Part shown: piece by piece, positions 15,747-26,599 of the stretch
Numbering within the stretch: position 1 is the first letter of the stretch
Layout: every line of letters begins with the position of its first letter
IMG/VR virus record: IMGVR_UViG_3300038462_000024
Span: 1-60,481 of that record
Origin: a virus
Lineage: Duplodnaviria > Caudoviricetes
Length of the DNA stretch: 60,481 bases
Reading direction: 5' to 3' (one strand)
Made by a program: the position numbers and the translations under genes
The notes under the pieces: generated by a model
What the model saw: only the letters and a program-made list of their open reading frames with translations
Told to the model about the DNA's origin: nothing
The model's database searches: none

Positions 15747-18059
15747 ATGTCCCGGATGTTTCACGTCCACATTCAAGACCGGGCTCGCCGCCGTCGCGAT
15801 GAGTGGGGAGGGTTTCCGGACCCTTCTCCTCGGGCGGTTGCGGCGGCCCGCGAGATGTTTCCGGAAGATTCCCGGTTTGGGGAATCGGCTATTAACGATC
15901 CGGACGACGTGCTGCGGCGGATTAAGGCCGCAAGCGGAGTATCGGTGCTCCGGCAAGTGCTGTCTGAGTTGGAGACTGCCCGCAAAGAAGATGTGATTGA
16001 GATCGCGCGGCGGTTTACGGGGCGGAAAGCGGTTAGCACCAAAAAGGCAATCGACGATATTTGGACGACGTGGTACACGCGGCGCGGTACGGCGGATGCG
16101 GAGTGGCGGGAAGAGGAACACCCACGCAAAGATGATGGAAAGTTTGGTACGGGGGGTGACGGAGGCGTGCCCATCAGACAAGCTAGGCCACGAAAAGAGG
16201 CGGGGCTTGCGGTAACAGGGTTTCCCGTTGTTGATCTTCCCGAGAATACGCTGTCTAAGATAAAACAGGAGGCATGGGAACGGGCGGTTAAGGGCAAAGG
16301 GCCAAAACCCGATAAAATCAGAGTTCCGCTTTCTGAGTTAGTTTCATTTCAAGACGTGGTTGAAACCAGCAAAGTGAAAGCTATAGCTAAAAAATATAAA
16401 AGTGAAGAGGCTTTGTCGGAAATTGGGGACAGGCCCCGAGTTATTAAACTTGGTAATAAATACGTGCTTACGGATGGCAACCATCGAGCTAATGTCGCGC
16501 TGCTAAATAAACACAAAGAATTAGAAGTTAATTACTATGGGGATTTGACAGAGTTAGTTAAGGGAAATTCTGTTCAGGATAAGGATTGGGAAGAGCAAAA
16601 ACACCCCCGTAAAGAGGATGGAAAATTTGCAAAAGGCGGCGGTTCGGGCAAGAAGGTCGATTTGATGGCTGAGGCCAAGAGCCTCGGAATCAAAGTTACC
16701 ACTAAGACTACGGTGGCTCAGTTGCTGGCTGCGTTGGCGGCGGCCAAGGGTCAACCAGAACCGGAAGTGAAACCTAAGAAGATTGTTCCGGTCAAAAAAG
16801 TTAAGGAGCCGACTACGCTGTCCGGATGGCATACGTTAGCTACCAATGCTAAGATTTGGGTCGGTTCCCATTGGACGGTTGGACAAATAATAGCGGAGAT
16901 TGAAGACCGTCGACAGGTGCGGTTAAAACAATTTGAGGCTATGGGAGATCCCGTTTCCCCAGGGCTATCTGACACGGCCTTAGCTAAAGAGTACCGCAAA
17001 TTAGAGACGGAGGTCTACAAAGCGGGGGTTAAGATTGGGGCCGAGGTAGGGTTCGGCACACTGCCTACGGAAAACCATAAGGCATATTTGGAAAAAAAGG
17101 AATTAAACGCTAAGGCGAAAGCGCTTGGTGTTCCAGAAAAGGAATTAAATAAACCGAAGTTTGCCCTTGAAAAGGCCCTGGCTAAGTTAGCTTTGCTTAA
17201 GGAGCTTGAAGCGCTTAGTTGGGAAAAACTGGTATTGTTGGCCTTGAGGGACGGGTTGACTCTTCAGGCAATAACCAAGAGCAAGAGCAAGAGCACCCAA
17301 GCAGGGCTTGCTAAGTGGTTGTCGAAAAACACTTCGCACACGGAAGTGGCGGCTGCGCTTGCTGGTCCCAGTCTGGCCGGGCCGGACTGGGAGGGGCCGT
17401 GGAGCCCTGAAGTAGCCACGCCTCAACAGAAGAAAGCCATATATCGGTACACTGGGTGGGGATTTGAAAAAGTTAACGGGGCACTGCGCGGAAAATCTCC
17501 CCCTTCAGCATTTGAGGTCAAAGCAACTAAGTATTTAGATCAAATTACCCGTAATTCTACTTTTTCGGGTGTGCTTTACCGGGGCGTGTCTGCTAACACT
17601 TTACAAAAGTTTAGGGAGTTGGGAGTGACTGCGCCGGGCAAGGCCATTACAGATGACGCGTTCATGAGCTTTTCTAAGAGCAAGAAATTCGCGGCGGAGT
17701 GGAAACAGGGGGCTGTAATTGAGATGGTCGGGGGAAAGGGGTGTGCGGACATCAGCAGCATATCCGTACACAAAACGGAAGAGGAGGTGCTAGTGGCGCG
17801 GGGAGCTAGGCTTCGGGTTAAAAGTTGGGATGAGGCAGCTAAGACGCTAAAAGTTGTACTAGAGGGCACATCTTACACAGCTAAAACAGGAAAAGACGCG
17901 GCCCCTGACCCCCTGGCTGAATTGGATGAGGTTATGTCCAAAAGCCATAAGTGGGACATAACCTCGGAACCCCACGTAGACGGGGCTAGTTCGTTGGTTG
18001 ACCGGTGGGCTGCGGATGATGATTTCGGGCTGGGCGTGGTATTGGACGACGAAGAGTAG
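15747..18059 (+). CDS. Polyvalent head-associated protein: ParB-like domain, helix-extension-helix-like repeats, C-terminal ADP-ribosyltransferase (VIP2/Alt-like)
   Basis: LTDGNHRA (ParB-like); YTG...VNGALRG, LYRGV, FMSFS, TEEEVL (R-S-ExE ART motifs); immediately upstream of MuF. Confidence 0.85.
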   Translation: MSRMFHVHIQDRARRRRDEWGGFPDPSPRAVAAAREMFPEDSRFGESAINDPDDVLRRIKAASGVSVLRQVLSELETARKEDVIEIARRFTGRKAVSTKKAIDDIWTTWYTRRGTADAEWREEEHPRKDDGKFGTGGDGGVPIRQARPRKEAGLAVTGFPVVDLPENTLSKIKQEAWERAVKGKGPKPDKIRVPLSELVSFQDVVETSKVKAIAKKYKSEEALSEIGDRPRVIKLGNKYVLTDGNHRANVALLNKHKELEVNYYGDLTELVKGNSVQDKDWEEQKHPRKEDGKFAKGGGSGKKVDLMAEAKSLGIKVTTKTTVAQLLAALAAAKGQPEPEVKPKKIVPVKKVKEPTTLSGWHTLATNAKIWVGSHWTVGQIIAEIEDRRQVRLKQFEAMGDPVSPGLSDTALAKEYRKLETEVYKAGVKIGAEVGFGTLPTENHKAYLEKKELNAKAKALGVPEKELNKPKFALEKALAKLALLKELEALSWEKLVLLALRDGLTLQAITKSKSKSTQAGLAKWLSKNTSHTEVAAALAGPSLAGPDWEGPWSPEVATPQQKKAIYRYTGWGFEKVNGALRGKSPPSAFEVKATKYLDQITRNSTFSGVLYRGVSANTLQKFRELGVTAPGKAITDDAFMSFSKSKKFAAEWKQGAVIEMVGGKGCADISSISVHKTEEEVLVARGARLRVKSWDEAAKTLKVVLEGTSYTAKTGKDAAPDPLAELDEVMSKSHKWDITSEPHVDGASSLVDRWAADDDFGLGVVLDDEE

Positions 18060-18809
18060 TTGCCCCCTCACGCCGCCGTCTCTGAACAACGCCGAATTTG
18101 GGCGCACGTTAAGCGCGCTGAACGGTCATACTCCCGCAATCTGCGTTCGATTTCCCGGCAAATAGGCGTTATCACCAAAGAGCTTGCTCCTCACCCCGAT
18201 TCGCTGGAGGCTATGCTCCGGGAATACGCCCAGGTGCTGGTGCCTTGGGCGTATTCCGTGGCCTCCCGGATGCTTTCGGAGGCCCTGCGCCGGGATGACG
18301 CGGCCTGGAACCGGCTGTCGAAAACCATGAGCCGCGCGCTGGCGGAGGAAATCCGGGGTGCGCCAATCGGGGGCCGGTTACGCGAGTTGCAGCAGCAACA
18401 GGTTACTTTGATTACTTCGCTTCCCTTGGAAGCGGCCGAACGGGTGCACGCGCTGGCCCTAGAGATTCGGGTTTCCACGGCGGGCCGGGCTAAGGAGCTG
18501 GCCGCCGCGATCCTCGCCTCGGGCGACGTGTCGAAAGCTAGGGCCAACTGCATTGCTCGGACGGAAACGGCGCGGGTAGCCTCTAACTTCACTCAAGCCC
18601 GCGCGGAATTTGTGGGGTCTGAGGGGTACATTTGGCGCACTGCGGGGGATTTGGACGTCCGGAAGCTGCACCAAAAATTGAACGGGCAGTTTGTCCGATG
18701 GGACGCGCCACCAGTAGCGGGGAAGTCCAAAGCGGGGGAAATCCGGGCACACGCGGGGTGTTTTCCTAATTGCCGCTGCTATGCGGAACCGGTGGTGCCG
18801 GAAGTGTAA
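18060..18809 (+). CDS. MuF/SPP1 gp7-family head morphogenesis protein (no C-terminal extension)
   Basis: IARTETAR...YIWRTAGDLDVRKLH...HAGCFPNCRC. Confidence 0.93.
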   Translation: MPPHAAVSEQRRIWAHVKRAERSYSRNLRSISRQIGVITKELAPHPDSLEAMLREYAQVLVPWAYSVASRMLSEALRRDDAAWNRLSKTMSRALAEEIRGAPIGGRLRELQQQQVTLITSLPLEAAERVHALALEIRVSTAGRAKELAAAILASGDVSKARANCIARTETARVASNFTQARAEFVGSEGYIWRTAGDLDVRKLHQKLNGQFVRWDAPPVAGKSKAGEIRAHAGCFPNCRCYAEPVVPEV

Positions 18810-18819
18810 AATAGCCGCT

Positions 18820-19119
18820 ATGGAGGGCGTGCAGGTGTGTAGTTTCCTTACAGGCATTATGTGCCGGGTGTGCCTAAAAACCAAAACCTGTCGTGCCGTG
18901 GCCCCTCAATTGTCGCCGTCTTTGCCAGGAGTTGGTGCGCTTTTTGGGGGCGGGCTGTCGTTTGACCACGCTTGCCGGGTTGCCACTATGTTAGACGGGC
19001 TCGGCGTAACCGGTGAGGATTTGGAACTAGTCCAGGACCAGCTTCCGGAATACCATTGGGAGTGGAACGAGGAGGATGGGTTCCGGCCCTACCCGCATTC
19101 TTATCGCCGCAGGCACTGA
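18820..19119 (+). CDS. Hypothetical protein
   Basis: ORF filling the gap between MuF and the adaptor gene; start uncertain. Confidence 0.45.
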   Translation: MEGVQVCSFLTGIMCRVCLKTKTCRAVAPQLSPSLPGVGALFGGGLSFDHACRVATMLDGLGVTGEDLELVQDQLPEYHWEWNEEDGFRPYPHSYRRRH

Positions 19120-19131
19120 GGTACAATCAGG

Positions 19132-19530
19132 ATGGATATTGACGTCACGGATGTACTCTTGGACCCAATGATTGCGGGAGAACGCTTTACGGTCCTGCGC
19201 CGCCGGGAGCTGGTTAATAACCTAGGTGTGGCTGAGTGGCAATGGGAGACGTTTCCTAACATTATCGGTTCGGTTACGCCAACCGGGGATCAGAGCTTAG
19301 TCCGGGATGAGGGGTTCCAGGCGCAGGCTAAGACTATTTTGGTAATTACTGCCTTCAAGCTTCGGGGCGAGTCTAAGGACGAGGCCCGCCGCAATTACCA
19401 GCCGGACGTTGTGGTTTGGAATGAAAACTATTACATGGTTCGCACCGTGGATGACTATTCGCGGTATGGAGCGGGCTTTGTGCAAGCTGAATGTAGTTCA
19501 ACTGACTTGGTGGATCAGGCACCGCGCTAA
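19132..19530 (+). CDS. Head-tail adaptor/closure protein
   Basis: DVTDVLLDP...PDVVVW...DYSRYGAGFVQAEC pattern of this head module; context. Confidence 0.7.
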   Translation: MDIDVTDVLLDPMIAGERFTVLRRRELVNNLGVAEWQWETFPNIIGSVTPTGDQSLVRDEGFQAQAKTILVITAFKLRGESKDEARRNYQPDVVVWNENYYMVRTVDDYSRYGAGFVQAECSSTDLVDQAPR

Positions 19531-19545
19531 CCGGAGAAACATACA

Positions 19546-20538
19546 ATGATGACTGGTCTTGCGAATTTGAAATACGGGCGTTCTGGCCAGTTGTTGCCGA
19601 TGTCTCGCCCGGCTCGCCCCCTTTACCCTTTCCGTTGCCGGGCTAGGGCGCGCGACACGGGGCTTTCCGACTATTCGGCGAAGGCCCAGCTTAATTGGCT
19701 CACGGGCCAGGTAGCAATGCCCGCACTTCCCAACGTGTGGTTGTCGCTGTACACGGCGGTGGGAGCCGACGACAACACGGGGTTTACTGAGGTAACGGGC
19801 GGGGCATACGCCCGGCAGCAAGTCGCGGGCAATGTAGCCACTAACGGCACCACGGCTAACGGCAACGCCACGCTGCATTTCGCTTCGGTCCCGGCGTGGA
19901 TCGTGGCGGGCATGAGCATTTACGACACCACTGGGTCCGGCCTCATTCCAGCGGCCACCACGGTGTCTACGACGACCGGCACCACGGTAGTTATGAGTGC
20001 CAATGCTACCGGCGCGGGCGTCGGTTCGGGCGATAACATTGTGTTCTCGGCGTTCGCGGCCCCAACGGGGACCGGCCCCTCTCAGGCCACCAATTCGGCG
20101 GCGACGATTACGTTTCCTCAGGCAACGGCTAACTGGGGCACGGCCATCGCGTTTGGGCTTACCGATGCGAGCACCTCGGGCGACCTTCTTTCCTGGGACT
20201 ACTTGGGCAATCACGCATGGTTGCCCGCGTATGTTACGGCGGCATCCCCCGCCGTGCTCGATATTAAGGCACACGGGTACTCAATCGCGGACACCGTGGC
20301 ATTCTCGACGGAGTACGGCGGTACGGCCCCCTCGTTCTCGCAGTCGAATTTTACCGGGCTGCTCGCGGTCATCGCCACCAACTTTGCGACTGACGTTATC
20401 TCGGTGTCGAATGCCAGCACCAATGTTAACACGTCCACTAGCGGTTCGGGTATGGTGAGGAAGGTGCTGCAGCAGTCGATTCCAATCAACACGCAAGCGT
20501 CGTTCGCGGCCTCGTCGCTGGTAGTGGTATCGGCGTAA
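19546..20538 (+). CDS. Fibre/appendage protein with basic N-terminal propeptide
   Basis: WLSLYTA...TEVTGGAYARQ...ITFPQATANWG fibre-type motif; leader ending RCRARARD. Confidence 0.75.
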   Translation: MMTGLANLKYGRSGQLLPMSRPARPLYPFRCRARARDTGLSDYSAKAQLNWLTGQVAMPALPNVWLSLYTAVGADDNTGFTEVTGGAYARQQVAGNVATNGTTANGNATLHFASVPAWIVAGMSIYDTTGSGLIPAATTVSTTTGTTVVMSANATGAGVGSGDNIVFSAFAAPTGTGPSQATNSAATITFPQATANWGTAIAFGLTDASTSGDLLSWDYLGNHAWLPAYVTAASPAVLDIKAHGYSIADTVAFSTEYGGTAPSFSQSNFTGLLAVIATNFATDVISVSNASTNVNTSTSGSGMVRKVLQQSIPINTQASFAASSLVVVSA

Positions 20539-20587
20539 AACTTGAAGGGGCGCGAATGAAACATAGCTTGTTCGCGCCCGGCACATC

Positions 20588-23389
20588 ATGAGCACAACCG
20601 AGTTTAAGACCGCGACCGGGGCTGGATCGTTCCCGGTTCCGGTTGGCGTTACGTCCCTTACGCTCAAGGGCATTGGCGGCGGCGGCAACGGTTACGCCTC
20701 AACTGGCGGCGGCGGCGGTGGCGCGGGTGCGGCTTACGCGGCATCAACGATATCGGTCACAACCGCGCAGACCCTTTATTACAATATCGGCATTGGTGGA
20801 GGCACGTCCACAACAGGGCAGACCTGGGCTCAAATCGGGACCAATGCGGCTCCGTCGTCGAATACGGTTGGGATTTTAGCCCCTTACGGGCCGACAGCGA
20901 CAAGCACTACTGGTGCTGCCGCCGTCACGACCGGAGGAATAGGCACTACCGTTAACTACGGCGGCAGTGGGGGGAACACGACGGGCGGCGGCGGCGGCGC
21001 GGGTGGCCCAAATGGTTCTGGCGGCAAGGGCGGCAACAGCACGCAAGGTGCTGGTGGCGGTGGCGGCAATGGTGGGGGCACGGCGGGAGCTGATGGCTCC
21101 GGAGCCCCCGGCGGCGCGGGCGGCAATAATTCCGCCGGTAGCGGTAGCGGTGCGGGCGGAACGTCCGGTGGTCATAATGGCTCCGCCGGAACCAGCGGGG
21201 GTGGTGGCGGCGGCAGCTATTATACGGACGGCGCGGGTGGGCCAGGCAGCACTGGGACAGAATTCGACGCCAGCCATGGCTCAGGTAGTGGCGGCGGCGG
21301 GGGCTGGAAAGCGGCGGGGGGCAATGGCGGTCTTTACGGTGGTGGCGGGTCAGCCTCCGGCGGTTCGGGTGGAACCGCCGGAACTGGTGCTCAGGGCCTC
21401 CTTGTTATCACCTATGCCGCTACGGTTAGTTTGTCCGCTAAATCGAGTTCTGCGTCCACTTCCCGGCCTTCGGGGGTTTTTGCCGTGCGGCCTTCTGCTA
21501 AATCAAGGTTTGCATCTGCCCCCCGGTCCGCAGGGTCTTTTGCCCTTCGGTTATCGGCCAAAGAGCGGAGCGGGGTGTCGGTTAAGGTCCGGCCGAACTT
21601 AACCGTCCGGGGGGCGGGGGCAATTAAAGTCATCGGGGGGGATACAAGGATTGCGCCGCAGTTGCGGGCGGCGCTGGCTGCAAAAACCCTGTTTAGGGGG
21701 GCAATAACCAAAAACGTTCCGAACTTAACCATTATAAGTATGGCTAGGTCCTTTGTGGTGGCGTTTGCCCGCGCGGTGTCTAATTCCTCCACACAGGGAG
21801 TTGCGTTGTATGGTATAACCCGGTCAACGGCTCAAACTCGGGTTGGACCTCCGCAATTGGCTGCGGGAATGTTGGCTCGGGTTCGATCAAAAATGGGAGT
21901 TTGGTCCGCCCCCTCGTGGACCATACGGGTTTCGGCCAAGAGTGCTGCGGTGTCATTGGCACATGCGAACCCCAACTTGCTTATACAAGTTATTGCTTTA
22001 TTTGGCGGGTTCCGGGCGGCGGCTTGGCTTAAGTCTGGGCCGCAACTCTCCGCGAATTTGTTGGGTCAGTTGCGGTCGAAAGCCAGCGGCGCGATGGGTT
22101 TACCGAGCCTACCCTTACATATCCGAGCAGCCGTGTGGATGCGGAGCTGGGCAGGGGCGGCGGCCCAGCAATCGGGAGGACTTGGGGCGCGAATAACGGC
22201 TAGGGTTCGGGGTGTTTCGCACCCAACATTAGCCGTTTCAGTGGCCGGAACGAACCACACTAGGGGGGCCGTTACCGGCTGGCTATATTTAGGAGCCCCG
22301 TTACGGGCAATACTCCAAATGAACATAACGTTAGGCGCGGCGTTTGCTCGGATAATTAGTCCCTCCGCCCGGCTGGGGGAGGCGGTGCGCGGCGGGGCGC
22401 GTAGTTTCGCGGCCTCATCTCTATCGGGTTACGGGAGGCTCGCGATGTGGCTTAGACCCCGCCTCAGATACCCGATTCGGGTTACGGGGGTTTCGCGTAT
22501 CCGATTTGCGGAAACGGGCACTCCTCGGTTGCAATTGACTATTACCAAGGTGCGGGTTACTTCCCAAGTGTCGGGCGGGGCGGGAATCCGGGGACTAACA
22601 CGATTGGGGGGCCGAACCTTATCGCTCATCCGGGGCCGAGAGCGGCCTGCGTTAACCGTGGGGCTTTTTGGCCGGAGTGAAGCCCAAACCTTGGCCCGTA
22701 CTCGGTGGCGGCTGGCCGCCCGGTTGTTGGGGCGGGCGCGATCCGGGGCGGCGGCCTCGGGCAGCTTTTTGGGCAAGACGGCGCTCACCGCCGCTGCCCG
22801 GCTGGCGCAATTCTCGTCGATCAAACCCCGGCTGGCGCTCCGAAACCTGGCGGGCTCCTTGGCCTCAAGGGTGGCCGGGCGCACCCGGAACGTGGCCTCG
22901 TTATTGTCAGGCGTTTCGCGGCTGCGGTCTGGTTTCCGGGGGCAAGCATACTTGTTCAAACTGGGTCAGTTGGCTCAGGGGTTTTCGTTTTTCGGTCCGC
23001 ATCGCCGTCGCACTATTTCTATGGTAAATGGAGCAGTAACCTTGTCAGCTTGTTTGGACTTGTTGCCCCCCATTGACGCGGGAGTAGAGCGGGAATGGGT
23101 AACGTTTGATTACGGCCGCGTGTTGGTTGCCGGGGTAACTATTGTTTCGGCAACGGTTACATGCGTCGTGGAATCGGGGTCCGGCACGGACCTTACGCCT
23201 GGCGCTCGGTTGGTTGGGTCCCCGGTGGTTATTGCTTCGCCTCGGACCGGCGCGACCCGCGCGGCAATCGCGCAGTTGGTTGGCAATTGTCAGGCGGATG
23301 TGGTTTACCAGTTTCAATGTGTGGCCGCCACCACGGACGGGCAACTCCTGTCCCTGTGGGGCCGCCTCAGTTGTATAGCTCCGGAATAG
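20588..23389 (+). CDS. Glycine-rich fibre protein with long Arg/Ala-rich segment and C-terminal adaptor-like domain
   Basis: Gly-rich domain (~aa 1-280), low-complexity basic middle, C-terminal EWVTFDYG...TIVSATV domain. Confidence 0.75.
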   Translation: MSTTEFKTATGAGSFPVPVGVTSLTLKGIGGGGNGYASTGGGGGGAGAAYAASTISVTTAQTLYYNIGIGGGTSTTGQTWAQIGTNAAPSSNTVGILAPYGPTATSTTGAAAVTTGGIGTTVNYGGSGGNTTGGGGGAGGPNGSGGKGGNSTQGAGGGGGNGGGTAGADGSGAPGGAGGNNSAGSGSGAGGTSGGHNGSAGTSGGGGGGSYYTDGAGGPGSTGTEFDASHGSGSGGGGGWKAAGGNGGLYGGGGSASGGSGGTAGTGAQGLLVITYAATVSLSAKSSSASTSRPSGVFAVRPSAKSRFASAPRSAGSFALRLSAKERSGVSVKVRPNLTVRGAGAIKVIGGDTRIAPQLRAALAAKTLFRGAITKNVPNLTIISMARSFVVAFARAVSNSSTQGVALYGITRSTAQTRVGPPQLAAGMLARVRSKMGVWSAPSWTIRVSAKSAAVSLAHANPNLLIQVIALFGGFRAAAWLKSGPQLSANLLGQLRSKASGAMGLPSLPLHIRAAVWMRSWAGAAAQQSGGLGARITARVRGVSHPTLAVSVAGTNHTRGAVTGWLYLGAPLRAILQMNITLGAAFARIISPSARLGEAVRGGARSFAASSLSGYGRLAMWLRPRLRYPIRVTGVSRIRFAETGTPRLQLTITKVRVTSQVSGGAGIRGLTRLGGRTLSLIRGRERPALTVGLFGRSEAQTLARTRWRLAARLLGRARSGAAASGSFLGKTALTAAARLAQFSSIKPRLALRNLAGSLASRVAGRTRNVASLLSGVSRLRSGFRGQAYLFKLGQLAQGFSFFGPHRRRTISMVNGAVTLSACLDLLPPIDAGVEREWVTFDYGRVLVAGVTIVSATVTCVVESGSGTDLTPGARLVGSPVVIASPRTGATRAAIAQLVGNCQADVVYQFQCVAATTDGQLLSLWGRLSCIAPE

Positions 23390-23406
23390 CTGGGGCGGAT
23401 AGAGGT

Positions 23407-23493
23407 TGCCGGGCCTTGGGCTCAAGCCCGGCAGGGGCCGGTTGTTAGATCCGTATACCTCCATGCGGATAATCTACTGGGGCAACCGGCCCC
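23407..23493 (+). other. Structured intergenic element (two hairpins)
   Basis: TGCCGGG/CCCGGCA stem; GGGGCCGGTTG/CAACCGGCCCC outer stem enclosing ATCCGTAT/ATGCGGAT. Confidence 0.5.
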
Positions 23494-23512
23494 ACAACTA
23501 AAGGGAATTGAT

Positions 23513-24175
23513 ATGTTCCGATGGCTATCTGTTTTTGCGGTGGTAGCAACGCTCCTGTGGGGGGTTCCCTTCACCGCAACGTACACGGGTTTAGTTGCGA
23601 CATACGCAGCGAGTGAAGGTGCGGCGGCTTACGGGTCAACGGCCTACAGCAACACGGCGCTGAGTAACACTCCGGCGGTGGTCAAGGCAACTCCGGGGCT
23701 GCTTACTTCGTTCAACTGCTATAACTCCAACGCTACGGTCGAATATCTACAATTTGCGGATATTTTGGTGCAAGCCGTGGCCGTCACGGGCACGACCAAC
23801 GGCACGACCTCGACCAGCAGCAACGTTCTGCATTTCGCGGCGACCCCTTCGGGCGTAGCTGCGGGCCAGGATATTGTTGATACGTCAACGGGTTCGGCCA
23901 TCGCGGCGGGAACCACGGTCGTATCCTTTACGGCAACAACTGTTACCATGTCGGCCAATGCGGCGGGGGGCGGTGTTGGGGGCACGGACGGCATCACGTT
24001 TTTTACCCCGCCCAAGATGACGGTTGCGTTGACCCCCTCGACGGTCAGCAATAGCGCGTGGCCGGTTGGCGTTGGTTTTCCGTTCAATGCTATCAGCGTC
24101 GCGGCGACCTCCGGGGTAACGACGTATAGTGGCGCACCCAGCTCCGCGCTGGCTTGCACCTTTACCTATAATTAA
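23513..24175 (+). CDS. Signal-peptide-bearing Thr/Ser-rich protein sharing a ~70-aa module with 19546-20538
   Basis: Hydrophobic N-terminus; TTNGTT...LHFA...AGTTVVS...TVTMSANA module. Confidence 0.75.
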   Translation: MFRWLSVFAVVATLLWGVPFTATYTGLVATYAASEGAAAYGSTAYSNTALSNTPAVVKATPGLLTSFNCYNSNATVEYLQFADILVQAVAVTGTTNGTTSTSSNVLHFAATPSGVAAGQDIVDTSTGSAIAAGTTVVSFTATTVTMSANAAGGGVGGTDGITFFTPPKMTVALTPSTVSNSAWPVGVGFPFNAISVAATSGVTTYSGAPSSALACTFTYN

Positions 24176-24186
24176 GAGCGCAGGTA

Positions 24187-25908
<1,722 letters not shown>

Positions 25909-25932
25909 TCCTGGGAGCGGCTGGAGAAAATA

Positions 25933-26580
25933 ATGGAAAATACCTTCAAGTATGACAGCCGGTCGGCTCTGGCCGCTCCGGCAGTTCTAAGGCCCATTCA
26001 GCGGGGGCGTCACCGCACCTTGGATGTGGCCTTCAATTATCGGATGGGTGCGGGCTTCGCGGGCATGGTCACCCGCACCCATCCCGTCGCATTGGAGCCC
26101 AGTGTTCTGGACGCCACCAATCCGCCCACAACGTATGGGCAGGCCGTGGTGGTTAATACGGCGGCGAACTCCGTTCGAGTTGTTCTGTCCACCGATACCG
26201 CAATCACGACCATTTACGGCATCACGGTCCGGCCGTACCCGTTCCAGGCGTCGTCAAGCACGGGGGCATACGGCGCGGAGGGGTTTGCCACTTCGGCCTC
26301 GCTCCCCGTGCTGCAGGCGGGCCAGGTGGTGGATATCCTGCGCCAGGGGTACATCATGGTCCCCTGCGTAGGCTCGCCCACTAAGGGCGGAGAGGTTTTC
26401 CTCTGGATCGGCGCTACGGGCGGCGGGCATACCCATGGCTGCTTCGAGGCGGCCACATCTGGGGACGCCAACACCGTTGCGTTGAGTGGCTACCCTGGCG
26501 GGGCAATCCCGGCCACGGTGTCGTTTAACGGGCCGCTCGATACGACTTCGGGGCTGGTCGAGCTGGCGTTCAACATCTAA
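25933..26580 (+). CDS. Capsid decoration/cement protein
   Basis: Between scaffold and MCP; FNYRMGAGFAG, YGITVRPYP, ILRQGYI; ends ELAFNI. Confidence 0.8.
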   Translation: MENTFKYDSRSALAAPAVLRPIQRGRHRTLDVAFNYRMGAGFAGMVTRTHPVALEPSVLDATNPPTTYGQAVVVNTAANSVRVVLSTDTAITTIYGITVRPYPFQASSSTGAYGAEGFATSASLPVLQAGQVVDILRQGYIMVPCVGSPTKGGEVFLWIGATGGGHTHGCFEAATSGDANTVALSGYPGGAIPATVSFNGPLDTTSGLVELAFNI

Positions 26581-26599
26581 CAGAGGAAATTTGAAGCTA

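Noticed and set aside
26486-26599. Upstream extension of the MCP ORF (likewise 11011, 29925, 35811 and 44728 starts)
   Set aside because: Most overlap the previous gene; downstream ATGs have an RBS or stop-start coupling
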